DNA of 64,000 nt from Chitinophagaceae bacterium (GTDB lineage Bacteria > Bacteroidota > Bacteroidia > Chitinophagales > Chitinophagaceae): assembly GCA_047602185.1 (NCBI GenBank), contig JASGHY010000001.1, forward strand, positions 3,915,166 through 3,979,165. Direction: 5' to 3'. The notes under the pieces are model-generated. The model did not search any database and was not told where the DNA came from. It was given only the letters and a program-made list of their open reading frames with translations. This document shows, piece after piece, positions 10,454 through 19,766 of this stretch (the first letter of the stretch is position 1; each line of letters opens with the position of its first letter). The translations under genes were made by a program, and so were the position numbers.

Positions 10454-11254
10454 ATGCTGCATTTACTGAGAATAGAGTGGCTGAAGCTAAAGAATTATAA
10501 CACCTTCTGGATACTATCAATTCTGTATATCGTCAGCATCTTCGGCGCTAACTTCATTGCCTATCATATCCAGGAATCGATTTACGAAGCCAAGCAGGCC
10601 AAGGGAATGGCTGAAATGGTACTGGGCAACAGACCTTATGCATTTCCTGCAGTATGGCAAACTGCTGCCAATGTCAGTGGCTTTGTATTGTTTATCCCGG
10701 GTTTGATAATGATCATCCTTATTACCAACGAATACAGCTTTAAAACGCATCGCCAGAATATTATTGACGGGCTTACCCGCAAGCAGTTTATAATGACCAA
10801 GATAACTATTGGTTTTATTGGTGCGCTGATCTCTACTATAGTAGTTTTTCTTACAGCTATGATCTTCGGTTTTGCAAGCAGCAGTAGCCCCATTGACTTT
10901 GAAAACTTCTATTATATCCCGCTATTTCTTTTTCAATCTACCAGCTATATTATGGCAGCTACGCTGATAGCAATACTGTTGAAACGTGGCGGGCTTGCAA
11001 TTGGAGTTTATTTCCTGTATTCGGTGGTATTAGAAAACGTAGGAGCAATTATTCTTAATCATTATTTCAATTATATAGGCAGGTATCTTCCACTGGAAAC
11101 AACGGACGTACTGATCCCATTTCCCAACATCCAGCGTATCAGCAATAAATTTATACCTACGCCAAACTATACTGCTGTATTTATTTTTGCCGTATTCTAC
11201 CTGGCAGCCTATCTCTTCATTTCAATCAGGAAGTTTAAAACAAGCGACCTTTAG
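10454..11254 (+). CDS. ABC-2 family transporter permease
   Basis: Starts 3 nt after the ATPase gene. About six hydrophobic segments and an N-terminal LRIEWLKLKN typical of ABC-2 permeases. Confidence 0.75.
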   Translation: MLHLLRIEWLKLKNYNTFWILSILYIVSIFGANFIAYHIQESIYEAKQAKGMAEMVLGNRPYAFPAVWQTAANVSGFVLFIPGLIMIILITNEYSFKTHRQNIIDGLTRKQFIMTKITIGFIGALISTIVVFLTAMIFGFASSSSPIDFENFYYIPLFLFQSTSYIMAATLIAILLKRGGLAIGVYFLYSVVLENVGAIILNHYFNYIGRYLPLETTDVLIPFPNIQRISNKFIPTPNYTAVFIFAVFYLAAYLFISIRKFKTSDL

Positions 11255-11267
11255 AAGTTAAGTAGTA

Positions 11268-12194
11268 CTATTTCTTTACCAGGTCGCGCAGCGCAGCCTC
11301 CAGTGTAGGGAATGAGAACTGGAACCCGCTGTTACTGATCTTTTCGCTGCTTACGGTAGCGCTTTTCAGCACTTCAATACTCATTTCGCCCAGGGCCACT
11401 TTCAACAGGAAGGCAGGCACGTAAAAAGGTGTGAAGAACCGACCCTTCACCAGCGTGGCCAGCGTAGTCATTAATGTTTTATTGGAAGCAGGATGAGGCG
11501 CCACTGCATTGTACACTCCATTGATACTCTTGTTTTCGATGGCATACAAGATCAGCCTGCATGCGTCATCAATATGGATCCAGCTTACAAACTGTTTACC
11601 CCCTCCAAAAAAAGTGGCAAACCCCAGTCGTACAGGCTTCATAAACTCTTTAAATGCTCCTCCCTTATGACTCAGTACAATACCAAAGCGATACTTTACT
11701 AAACGTATGCCGGACTGGCCTACAGGCTCAATGCTTTCCTCCCACTGTTTGCAGGTATCACCAAGAAAATCAGCAAAGGCCGGATCTTCTTCAGTAAACA
11801 TCTCCTTGCTCTTCTTCCGTTTCTCATCATCTCCGTACCAGCCAATCGCTGCTGCGCTTACAACAGCTTTTACCGTACCGGGAGTTTCCTGCAAAGCTTT
11901 TACGATCAATTGCCCGCTTTGCACACGGCTGTCAACAAGCTCCTTCTTTCTTCTTTTACTCCAGCGTTTGTCAGCAACACCCGCACCGGCAAGATTCACA
12001 ATATAATCTGCCTGTTGTATAGCCCTGGCATCAATAGTCTGTTTGGCAGGGTCCCAGGCAGCATAAGACACCTTACCTGCCGCAGCTTTGGGATGACGTG
12101 TTAAAATGATCACATCATATCCTTTGCTTACAAGTAATTCAGTTAATGCTGAGCCTATTAAACCAGTTCCGCCAGTAATCAGTACTGTTGCCAT
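11268..12194 (-). CDS. TIGR01777 (YfcH-like) NAD-dependent epimerase/dehydratase family protein
   Basis: VLITGGTGLIGSAL Rossmann motif and a DUF1731-like C-terminus (GFQFSFPTLEAALRDL). Confidence 0.8.
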   Translation of the reverse strand: MATVLITGGTGLIGSALTELLVSKGYDVIILTRHPKAAAGKVSYAAWDPAKQTIDARAIQQADYIVNLAGAGVADKRWSKRRKKELVDSRVQSGQLIVKALQETPGTVKAVVSAAAIGWYGDDEKRKKSKEMFTEEDPAFADFLGDTCKQWEESIEPVGQSGIRLVKYRFGIVLSHKGGAFKEFMKPVRLGFATFFGGGKQFVSWIHIDDACRLILYAIENKSINGVYNAVAPHPASNKTLMTTLATLVKGRFFTPFYVPAFLLKVALGEMSIEVLKSATVSSEKISNSGFQFSFPTLEAALRDLVKK

Positions 12195-12234
12195 TAAGTA
12201 TTGGATTTGCTTTCTACAAAATTAAACTATTCAA

Positions 12235-12258
12235 GGTATAAGGTTTAAAGTATAAGGT
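12235..12258. repeat. tataagg/tttaaag heptamer repeat core (24-mer identical to 34880-34903)
   Basis: ggtataaggtttaaagtataaggt occurs identically at both positions. Confidence 0.85.
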
Positions 12259-12356
12259 CCCCTGGTGCAGCAGCGTGAAAGATCTTATAAAACAAAACAC
12301 AAATCTTTCAGCTCTACACATGATGCCTTTTTCCTTTAGCCTTTCTAATGTACCTT

Positions 12357-12391
12357 ATAAAAAAGAACCCCTCCCGGGCAAAACGGGAGGG
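12357..12391 (-). terminator. Rho-independent terminator of ftsZ / dcw cluster
   Basis: Read on the minus strand, stem ccctcccg/cgggaggg (12369-12376 / 12384-12391) is followed by ttctttttt. Confidence 0.7.
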
Positions 12392-12488
12392 ATTATACAA
12401 CTAAAAACAACAATCGCTGCGTTTAAAACAGTCCTTTATAATAATCCGATGGCTGTTGCTAACCGGAGCGTAAGGCACGGAAAATATA

Positions 12489-14405
12489 TTAATCAGGATT
12501 CTTACCATCCAGGAATGTGTTGATGGTAGAGATCTGAGCATTATTGTTCTCATCTGACTTTACTTCGTAATTGCTGTAGAAATTCTCAACGCTGGAGATC
12601 GTGTTGTAGAGTTCCAAATTGCGGCGGATGTATGCCGGCACAGTCTCAAACTCGTTGTTAGGGTCTGCAGCATTAATATTGAACGAAAGATTGCGCAATT
12701 TCTGAATTCGTTCTGCTGCCCGGCGTTTTTGTTCTTCTGCCACGTCCTGCATTGCAGGGTCCTCGGCAGATCCTATGCCACCACTAACAGGTTGTTGAAT
12801 TTGATGGGCCACGGGCTCATCCGCCGCCGGAATGTTATCTCTGAATACCAGTTGCATATCATCGGAAGCATCTTCTTCCTTTGGCTTTTGATAACGACTG
12901 GCATCCAGACGCGGTCCACTCACTGAAGAGTGATCAGGGTTGGATTCCTGTTTCGGCGGTTCTGCATAAATATTGGAAGGCTTGGCCAAGTATCCTCCAG
13001 GCGCTGCAGACGCTGAAGAATTATTTTCACTTTTACGTGGTTGCGGAGATTGCTGATGAACACTGCCGGTATTGATCCTTTCGACAGGCTGCACAGGTGC
13101 AGATGGTTGCGAAAGTACCCATTCGATACGTTCATTATCATCCTTTTTATCCACTTGCTTGTCCACAGTAGTTTTACTAAGCTCTTCCTTCGTAAAAAGC
13201 ACCAGTGGTGTTGATGATGGATTAGCATCCATATCTACCAGCTTTGGTGCAAACTCCTCTTTCACAATTGGTTCTTCTTTCTTTTCAGCAATTGGTGATG
13301 TTGGAGAAGCTTCAGGAGGTGCAGACGATACTTTAGCTTCCGGCGAACTTAATGTTAACAGTATTTTTTCTTCCTTCTTTACGTTCTCTTTCTGTGCTTT
13401 TTCCTTTACAAAAGGGTCTTTATGTTCAAAGCCTGTTGCGATCAGCGTGATACCGATCTTATCGCCCAGCGAATTATCGTATCCCATACCCATGATCACA
13501 TCTGTGCCTTCACCTGCCTGGTCGAGCAGGTAGCTTTGAATAATATCAACTTCATCCATTGTAAACTCATGCTCGCCTTCGGCAGAGTTGATATTGATAA
13601 GGATCCATTTGGCACCACGGATATCATTATCATTCAGCAATGGTGAATTCAATGCGTCTTCAATGCAACGCAATGCACGGTCTTCGCCACCGCAGGCGCC
13701 ATTACCAAGAATGGCAACACCACCGTTGCGCATTACAGTGCATACATCCGCAAAGTCAACGTTGATCTGGCCGGTACTGTTGATCACATCTGTGATACAT
13801 TTTGCAGCAGTAGCCAATACATTATCGGCTTTTTCAAAAGCCTCTTTCATTTTCAGGTTACCAAACTGGTGGCGCAACTTGTCGTTACTGATCACCAGCA
13901 GGGTATCTACATATTGTTTCATTACCCGGATACCCTCTTCTGCCTGCAGTTGCCTTTTCTTTCCCTCGTAAGAGAAAGGCGTGGTAACAATGCCTACAGT
14001 AAGGATGCCCAGGTCTTTACATATTTTAGAAATAATAGGCGCACCACCGGTACCGGTTCCTCCACCCATACCTGCAGTAATGAAGGCCATTTTAGTATTT
14101 ACCTCCAGTATCTGCTTTATTTCTTCCAGGCTTTCTTCCGTTGCCTGACGACCGATATCAGGATTAGCACCTGCACCCAATCCCTGGGTAAGGTGTGGCC
14201 CTAACTGCACCTTGTTAGGCACATGGCTTTGCGCAATGGCCTGTGCATCGGTATTACAGATAATGAAGTTCACGCCCTCAATCTGCTGGCTGAACATGTG
14301 GTTCACAGCATTACTGCCACCACCACCCACACCAATTACTTTTAGTATGGATGATTTCTCCTTCGGTAAATCAAACTGAATCATAGCTTTCGATTTATGT
14401 CTCAC
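12489..14405 (-). CDS. ftsZ: Cell division protein FtsZ with a long disordered C-terminal linker
   Basis: GVGGGGSNAVNHM and the tubulin signature GMGGGTGTGGAP. A ~270-aa P/E/K/S-rich linker follows. An alternative start at MIQFDL lies 7 codons in. Confidence 0.95.
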   Translation of the reverse strand: MRHKSKAMIQFDLPKEKSSILKVIGVGGGGSNAVNHMFSQQIEGVNFIICNTDAQAIAQSHVPNKVQLGPHLTQGLGAGANPDIGRQATEESLEEIKQILEVNTKMAFITAGMGGGTGTGGAPIISKICKDLGILTVGIVTTPFSYEGKKRQLQAEEGIRVMKQYVDTLLVISNDKLRHQFGNLKMKEAFEKADNVLATAAKCITDVINSTGQINVDFADVCTVMRNGGVAILGNGACGGEDRALRCIEDALNSPLLNDNDIRGAKWILININSAEGEHEFTMDEVDIIQSYLLDQAGEGTDVIMGMGYDNSLGDKIGITLIATGFEHKDPFVKEKAQKENVKKEEKILLTLSSPEAKVSSAPPEASPTSPIAEKKEEPIVKEEFAPKLVDMDANPSSTPLVLFTKEELSKTTVDKQVDKKDDNERIEWVLSQPSAPVQPVERINTGSVHQQSPQPRKSENNSSASAAPGGYLAKPSNIYAEPPKQESNPDHSSVSGPRLDASRYQKPKEEDASDDMQLVFRDNIPAADEPVAHQIQQPVSGGIGSAEDPAMQDVAEEQKRRAAERIQKLRNLSFNINAADPNNEFETVPAYIRRNLELYNTISSVENFYSNYEVKSDENNNAQISTINTFLDGKNPD

Positions 14406-14598
14406 AGAGCCTCACTCACCCGAAAGGCCTTCAAGAGACTATTAGAATAACAGGTTAGTAAAAACTTAAGTACGAAATATGAAATACGAAGTACGAATGC
14501 CTGTATTTCCGATCATGTACTCTATTGAAAAATTTCCGGAACTGAAGTACGAAGTATGAATTAAAGCATTCTGTATTTAGTACTTCGCATTTTCTCAC
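14406..14598. repeat. Heptamer-periodic intergenic array (gtacgaa/atatgaa/atacgaa family)
   Basis: gtacgaa|atatgaa|atacgaa|gtacgaa|tgcctgt|atttccg in phase. Contains cctgtatttccg, also found at 5077-5089. Confidence 0.8.
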
Positions 14599-16008
14599 TT
14601 ACAACGCATGGTCTTCTTCTTCTTTGAACAAGTCGATAATGCCGTCTTTAAACTTGCCCCAGAAGTCTTTGATACCTTTACGATTCCTTACTTTTTCGGC
14701 CTGTAATTCTTCTTCGGTTATTATTTCTTTTTCTTCTGTTACTGTATCCGTTTTCTTTAAGTTCTGTGGTACTTCTACTTTTCTGAACTGGTGCTCAAAA
14801 TGCTTGCGGTTATTTTCATAATCGCTGTAGCCTTTTAAGATCAGGCCAATACAGGTAGAGTATGTTGGTTTGGCCAGCTCTTCAATATGCCCTGCAGCCA
14901 GGTGTTCTGTAGGGAACCCTATGCGTGCATTTAAACCGGTAACATATTCAGTAAGCTGGATCAGGTGTTTCAGTTGCGCACCGCCACCTGTTAACACGAT
15001 ACCACCGTTCAGGGTTCTGCCATCCAGGCCCACCTGTTTCAGGTGGTAGGTAACAAAATCCATGATCTCATTCATACGTGCCTGGATAATATTGGCCAGG
15101 TTTTTTACGCTGATCTCTTTGGCAGGCATACCGCGCAAACCGGGGATGGTAATGAAAGCATTTGTTTTTGCTTCGTTAGCCAGTGCGCTACCGAACTGTA
15201 CTTTCATTTGCTCAGCCTGTGTTTTCAACACACCTAAACCGGTCTTAATATCGTTTGTGATGTTTTCACCACCGAAAGGAATTACCGCTGTATGCTTCAG
15301 GATACCTTCATAAAAAACAGCGAGGTCGGTAGTACCACCACCAATATCAACGATAGCAACACCAGCTTCCAGGTCTTCCTGTCCCATTACGGCTGCAGCA
15401 GAAGCCAGTGGCTGCAATACGAGGTCCTTTGTTCTGAGACCGCTTTTATCAACAGCACGGTTAATGTTGCGGATAGCATTTTTATCGCCGGTGATAATGT
15501 GGAAATTAGCGCCCACTTTTACACCGCCGTACCCTATCGGGTTGGGAATGTTCTGAAAGTTGTCTACAGTAAATTCCTGCGGGATCACATCAATGATCTG
15601 ATCACCTGCAGGGATATATGTTTTGTATTGGTCAGCAATTAACTGATCAATTTCGCGTTGAGTAATTTCATCGTCTGTCTGGTGACGAACAATATCACCA
15701 CGTGTTTGCAGACTTTTAATGTGATGGCCTGCAATACCAACGTAAACTTCGCTGATCTCCAGGTTGGGGTTAGATGCATAGCAATTGTCAAGCGCCATAC
15801 GAATGGCCTTGATCGTTTCATCAATATTCAATACCTGGCCGTGCTTCACACCATTGGAGTTGGCTCGTCCAAAGCCAATAACCTCCAGCTTGCCAAACTC
15901 ATTCTTACGTCCTGCAATCGCTGCAATCTTCGTGGTACCGATGTCGAGCCCAACGATGATAGGTTGTTCATTGTTCATAATGTATCCTGTTTTTAGTTGT
16001 TCTGTCAT
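14599..16008 (-). CDS. ftsA: Cell division protein FtsA
   Basis: Actin-fold motifs VGLDIGTTKIAA and VDIGGGTTDLAVF, positioned between ftsQ and ftsZ. Confidence 0.95.
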   Translation of the reverse strand: MTEQLKTGYIMNNEQPIIVGLDIGTTKIAAIAGRKNEFGKLEVIGFGRANSNGVKHGQVLNIDETIKAIRMALDNCYASNPNLEISEVYVGIAGHHIKSLQTRGDIVRHQTDDEITQREIDQLIADQYKTYIPAGDQIIDVIPQEFTVDNFQNIPNPIGYGGVKVGANFHIITGDKNAIRNINRAVDKSGLRTKDLVLQPLASAAAVMGQEDLEAGVAIVDIGGGTTDLAVFYEGILKHTAVIPFGGENITNDIKTGLGVLKTQAEQMKVQFGSALANEAKTNAFITIPGLRGMPAKEISVKNLANIIQARMNEIMDFVTYHLKQVGLDGRTLNGGIVLTGGGAQLKHLIQLTEYVTGLNARIGFPTEHLAAGHIEELAKPTYSTCIGLILKGYSDYENNRKHFEHQFRKVEVPQNLKKTDTVTEEKEIITEEELQAEKVRNRKGIKDFWGKFKDGIIDLFKEEEDHAL

Positions 16009-16066
16009 ATTTAGTGTGTTCCGCCCGGGCGAAACTATTTTCCCTTTTAAATCCTGAACCTTGCTC

Positions 16067-17161
16067 TTAATGCTTCTTATTACGGGTAGGCATTACAGCT
16101 TTAGGTTTCCTGGCCGCTGCCGGTTTGGCTGCAGGCTTGTTCTTTTGCCCGCTTGTTGCGCGGGAAGACTCATAGGGTTTTGTTTTCACGGGTGGATTAG
16201 CAGGGCTGGCAATCGTGCTGGTAACGGATACTGTATTGGAATCTTTAACTGGTTTTTCATTATTTGTAACCGCTGCTGTTGCTCCATCATTCATCATAGC
16301 CTGTTGCTGCACTGCGTTGGATGAAGCGATCATTGCTGCCACATTGCGCACAGCCTGTAAAGAGTCGTACCTGCTCATGGGCGCTCCCTTCTTTATTCCA
16401 ATCACCTGCTTATCGTACTGCACATTGATCCGCTCATAGGCATTCATCCCTGTTTTATTCAACACCTGCTGGTAAAATCGCAACAGGCGTTTGAACTTTT
16501 TCTCATAATCACTGCCATCGCCAAACTCTACTACATGGCTTCCGATGGTAGGTATTATTTCAAAAGTGCGTACAGGTGTAATATCGATCTGTGATACCTG
16601 TGCCATCCAGAAAGGGTCTTTCAGAATGAACGCACTTAATTGTTTTACCTGCTGTACCAGTAGACTATCTGCTCCGCGTAGTTTTATCTTCTCCGTGGGA
16701 TAGCTGGTAAATACCGGTACCCGTGCTGATAACTTTTCCGACAAAGGCAATTGTTCTCCGCTGCTGTCAACATAAAAACTATTGCCGCCTACAGTAAATA
16801 TTCGTGCCACAGGTTCTCTCTCTTCTACTTTTACCTGTAGCATTTCGTTGTTATCAAAGAACAGCTCTACATTTTTAACCCAGGGATCTTTCTCCATCCG
16901 CTCTTCAATCCTGCGCAGGTCTATCTCCTGTATTGGTTTTCCTTTTAATACTACGGTTCCGTTTTTTGTAAGCAGGTCCACCACATCTTTTTTGTTCATG
17001 AACCATTGCTCTTTGGGACCGGAGATATCTACCGCATATCCTTCACAAACCTGGTGATTACGCGACCTGATGGCTGCAATCAATAAAATGAGTACTCCGG
17101 AACCGGCAATCAGCCAGAATCCGACAATGATCATTTTCCTGATGCTACGTTTGATCTTCAT
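16067..17161 (-). CDS. ftsQ: Cell division protein FtsQ/DivIB-like (single TM, POTRA-type region, basic disordered tail)
   Basis: N-terminal TM segment IIVGFWLIAGSGVLILLIAAI, its position in the dcw cluster, and a K/P/A-rich C-terminus. Confidence 0.8.
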   Translation of the reverse strand: MKIKRSIRKMIIVGFWLIAGSGVLILLIAAIRSRNHQVCEGYAVDISGPKEQWFMNKKDVVDLLTKNGTVVLKGKPIQEIDLRRIEERMEKDPWVKNVELFFDNNEMLQVKVEEREPVARIFTVGGNSFYVDSSGEQLPLSEKLSARVPVFTSYPTEKIKLRGADSLLVQQVKQLSAFILKDPFWMAQVSQIDITPVRTFEIIPTIGSHVVEFGDGSDYEKKFKRLLRFYQQVLNKTGMNAYERINVQYDKQVIGIKKGAPMSRYDSLQAVRNVAAMIASSNAVQQQAMMNDGATAAVTNNEKPVKDSNTVSVTSTIASPANPPVKTKPYESSRATSGQKNKPAAKPAAARKPKAVMPTRNKKH

Positions 17162-17183
17162 AATTCAGTACAGGCTCTCTTAA

Positions 17184-18578
17184 TTAGTTTTCTATCATAT
17201 TCCTGATCGGCAGTACCAACGCATCAATATCTCCCGCTCCGGCCGTTATCAAAAGACCTCCGTTCTGTTGTAATGAAGGCACATATTCTTTTTGTATCCA
17301 GTTCAGCAACTCTTCCTTGCCCAGGATCTTTTTTCCCGGGTTGTGCATCTGCGACGTTATCAGCTCACTGGTTACACCTACCACCGGTAATTCCCTTGCA
17401 GGGTAGATCGGTAACAATACTACTTCATCTGCCAGGTCAAGACTTTCAGCAAACTCTGCCGCAAAATCTTTTGTTCTGCTGAACAGGTGCGGCTGAAAGA
17501 TCACCGTACACTTCATTCCTTCAAACAACTTTTTTGCACCACTGATCAATGCTCTCAACTCTTCAGGGTGATGTGCATAGTCATCAACAAACACTACACC
17601 GTTCTTATCTTCCGACTGTTTATTAACAATGTATTCGAATCTTCTTTTTACACCTTTGAACTCAGCTACTGCCACACGGATCTTTTCTTCTTCTATTCCA
17701 AGATGTCTTGCAACACCAATAGCGGCAGTAATATTTTCAACATTGTGCAATCCACCCATGTTCAGGGTAATATCACGCAAGGTCTCATTTTTCAATACCA
17801 CATCGAATGTATAAGAGCCCTGGAACATGCGAATGTTGGTGCTGTACACATCTGCCACTTTATTCTCCACGCTGTACTGCTGTACAGAAGGCGCTTTCAG
17901 TTCGGCTCCTCTTGGCAAACCTGCTTTGTGCAGTAATAAGCCCGAAGGTTTTATTTTTCCTGCAAAACTGATAAATGCTTCTTCCATTGCTTCCGGCGTT
18001 CCGTAAATATCCAGGTGGTCTGCATCCATTGCTGTTATTACAGCAATATCAGGATTGAGCTTCAGGAAACTACGGTCGTACTCATCAGCTTCCACCACAC
18101 ACACATTGCGCTTATCGCTCCAGTAATTACTGTTATAGTTTACTGCAATACCGCCCAGGAAAGCATTACAACCATACCCCGTATGACGCAGGATATGTGC
18201 GATCATTGTTGTAATAGTCGTTTTGCCATGCGTTCCGGCAACACAGATATTAAAAGAACTGTTTGTGATAATGCCCAGTACATCACTACGTTTCAATACA
18301 GGGTAATCATTTTGCTGGTAATACAGCAACTCCTTATGATCTTTCGGCACAGCCGGCGTGTACACTACCAGTTGTACATCTTTAGGTATCAGATCCGGTC
18401 TGTCTTCATAATGTACCTCAATGCCTTCTTCTACCAGTTTCTTTGTTAAAGGCGTTTCAGTCTTATCGTACCCGCTTACGGATTTACCGTGAAAATTGAA
18501 ATAGCGGGCCAATGCACTCATCCCTATACCACCGATGCCTATAAAGTAAACTTTCTGTATGTCTTCAAACTTCGTCAC
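17184..18578 (-). CDS. murC: UDP-N-acetylmuramate--L-alanine ligase
   Basis: YFIGIGGIGMSALA and the Mur ligase P-loop GTHGKTTIT. Confidence 0.95.
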   Translation of the reverse strand: MTKFEDIQKVYFIGIGGIGMSALARYFNFHGKSVSGYDKTETPLTKKLVEEGIEVHYEDRPDLIPKDVQLVVYTPAVPKDHKELLYYQQNDYPVLKRSDVLGIITNSSFNICVAGTHGKTTITTMIAHILRHTGYGCNAFLGGIAVNYNSNYWSDKRNVCVVEADEYDRSFLKLNPDIAVITAMDADHLDIYGTPEAMEEAFISFAGKIKPSGLLLHKAGLPRGAELKAPSVQQYSVENKVADVYSTNIRMFQGSYTFDVVLKNETLRDITLNMGGLHNVENITAAIGVARHLGIEEEKIRVAVAEFKGVKRRFEYIVNKQSEDKNGVVFVDDYAHHPEELRALISGAKKLFEGMKCTVIFQPHLFSRTKDFAAEFAESLDLADEVVLLPIYPARELPVVGVTSELITSQMHNPGKKILGKEELLNWIQKEYVPSLQQNGGLLITAGAGDIDALVLPIRNMIEN

Positions 18579-18660
18579 CTGGTTATTGCTGATTTCTTAT
18601 TTCAAGTTTCTTGTTTCTGATTCGGTCACTAAGGTTGTCCTGCCAAAACCTAATTCCTCA

Positions 18661-19752
18661 TTAACTAATTTGCTTCAATACCTCCCCTGCAATCACTTCA
18701 TCTGCATTTGTTACGGCCAGCTTACCGATATGCTGCACCAGTGTGCTCTGCAATTGGTCGTTCTTTGCCAGTTCTATTACAGCCGGAACCAGTTTATCTT
18801 TTGCTTCACTGTCCTTTATCATCAGTCCGGCTTCTTTACTTACCAGGTTTTGAGCGTTCACTGTCTGGTGATCTTCCGCTGCAAACGGAAACGGAACAAA
18901 GATCACCGGCTTTTTTACCACGCACAGTTCAGCAATTGCCATCGCTCCTGATCTTGACACCACTATATCTGCTGCGGCAAAGGCATTTTCCATCTGCGTT
19001 ATAAAATCATTGGTCCAGATATTCTTTTTGCCGCTTGTTATCTCTTTCGCTCTTGCGGCATACGGTTTACCAGTTTGCCATACCAGTTGAATATTATTCT
19101 TTTCAAACAGGTCAATATGCGCGTCTATTGCTTCGTTGATCCCTTTGGCGCCTAAGCTGCCGCCGGTTACCAGTACAGTTTTCAATGCCGGGTTTAATCC
19201 AAAGAAGGCAATACCCGCATCCCTGCTCACCGTGCTTTGTACTATATTACTGCGCACCGGGTTGCCGGTAATTAAGATCCTGTCTGCCGGGAAAAACTTC
19301 TCCATTCCATCACTTGCCACAAAAACCTTTGCTGCGTTTTTTCCCAGCCAGATATTTGACTTACCGGCAAAAGAGTTGGACTCATGAATAAATGTTGGTA
19401 TTCCTTTGGACTGTGCATATTTCAGCACAGGGAAACTGGAATAGCCACCCACACCAATCGCCGCATCAGGTTTGAAGAAATTGATGATCCGTCGTACCTG
19501 CATAAAGCTCTTGATGAGCTTAAATGGCAAACCAATGTTCTTTATCAAAGAGCTGCGGTTGAATCCCGCAATATCCAATCCTTCAATTTTATATCCTGCC
19601 TGTGGTACTTTCTCCATTTCCATTTTGCCTTTGGCACCTATAAACAAGATCTCAACACCGGGTTGTTGTTTTTTAAGTGCATTGGCAATGGCGATAGCCG
19701 GGAAAATATGACCGCCTGTTCCACCACCTGCTATGATAATTTTCTTGCTCAC
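18661..19752 (-). CDS. murG: Undecaprenyldiphospho-muramoylpentapeptide beta-N-acetylglucosaminyltransferase
   Basis: GGGTGGHIFPAIAIA motif and dcw context. Confidence 0.95.
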   Translation of the reverse strand: MSKKIIIAGGGTGGHIFPAIAIANALKKQQPGVEILFIGAKGKMEMEKVPQAGYKIEGLDIAGFNRSSLIKNIGLPFKLIKSFMQVRRIINFFKPDAAIGVGGYSSFPVLKYAQSKGIPTFIHESNSFAGKSNIWLGKNAAKVFVASDGMEKFFPADRILITGNPVRSNIVQSTVSRDAGIAFFGLNPALKTVLVTGGSLGAKGINEAIDAHIDLFEKNNIQLVWQTGKPYAARAKEITSGKKNIWTNDFITQMENAFAAADIVVSRSGAMAIAELCVVKKPVIFVPFPFAAEDHQTVNAQNLVSKEAGLMIKDSEAKDKLVPAVIELAKNDQLQSTLVQHIGKLAVTNADEVIAGEVLKQIS

Positions 19753-19766
19753 TTTTTATTTATGCT

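Noticed and set aside
12275-12523. ORF 12275-12523 (+), 82 aa
   Set aside because: It spans the ftsZ terminator hairpin and overlaps the ftsZ 3' end. It has a GTG start and no recognisable features.
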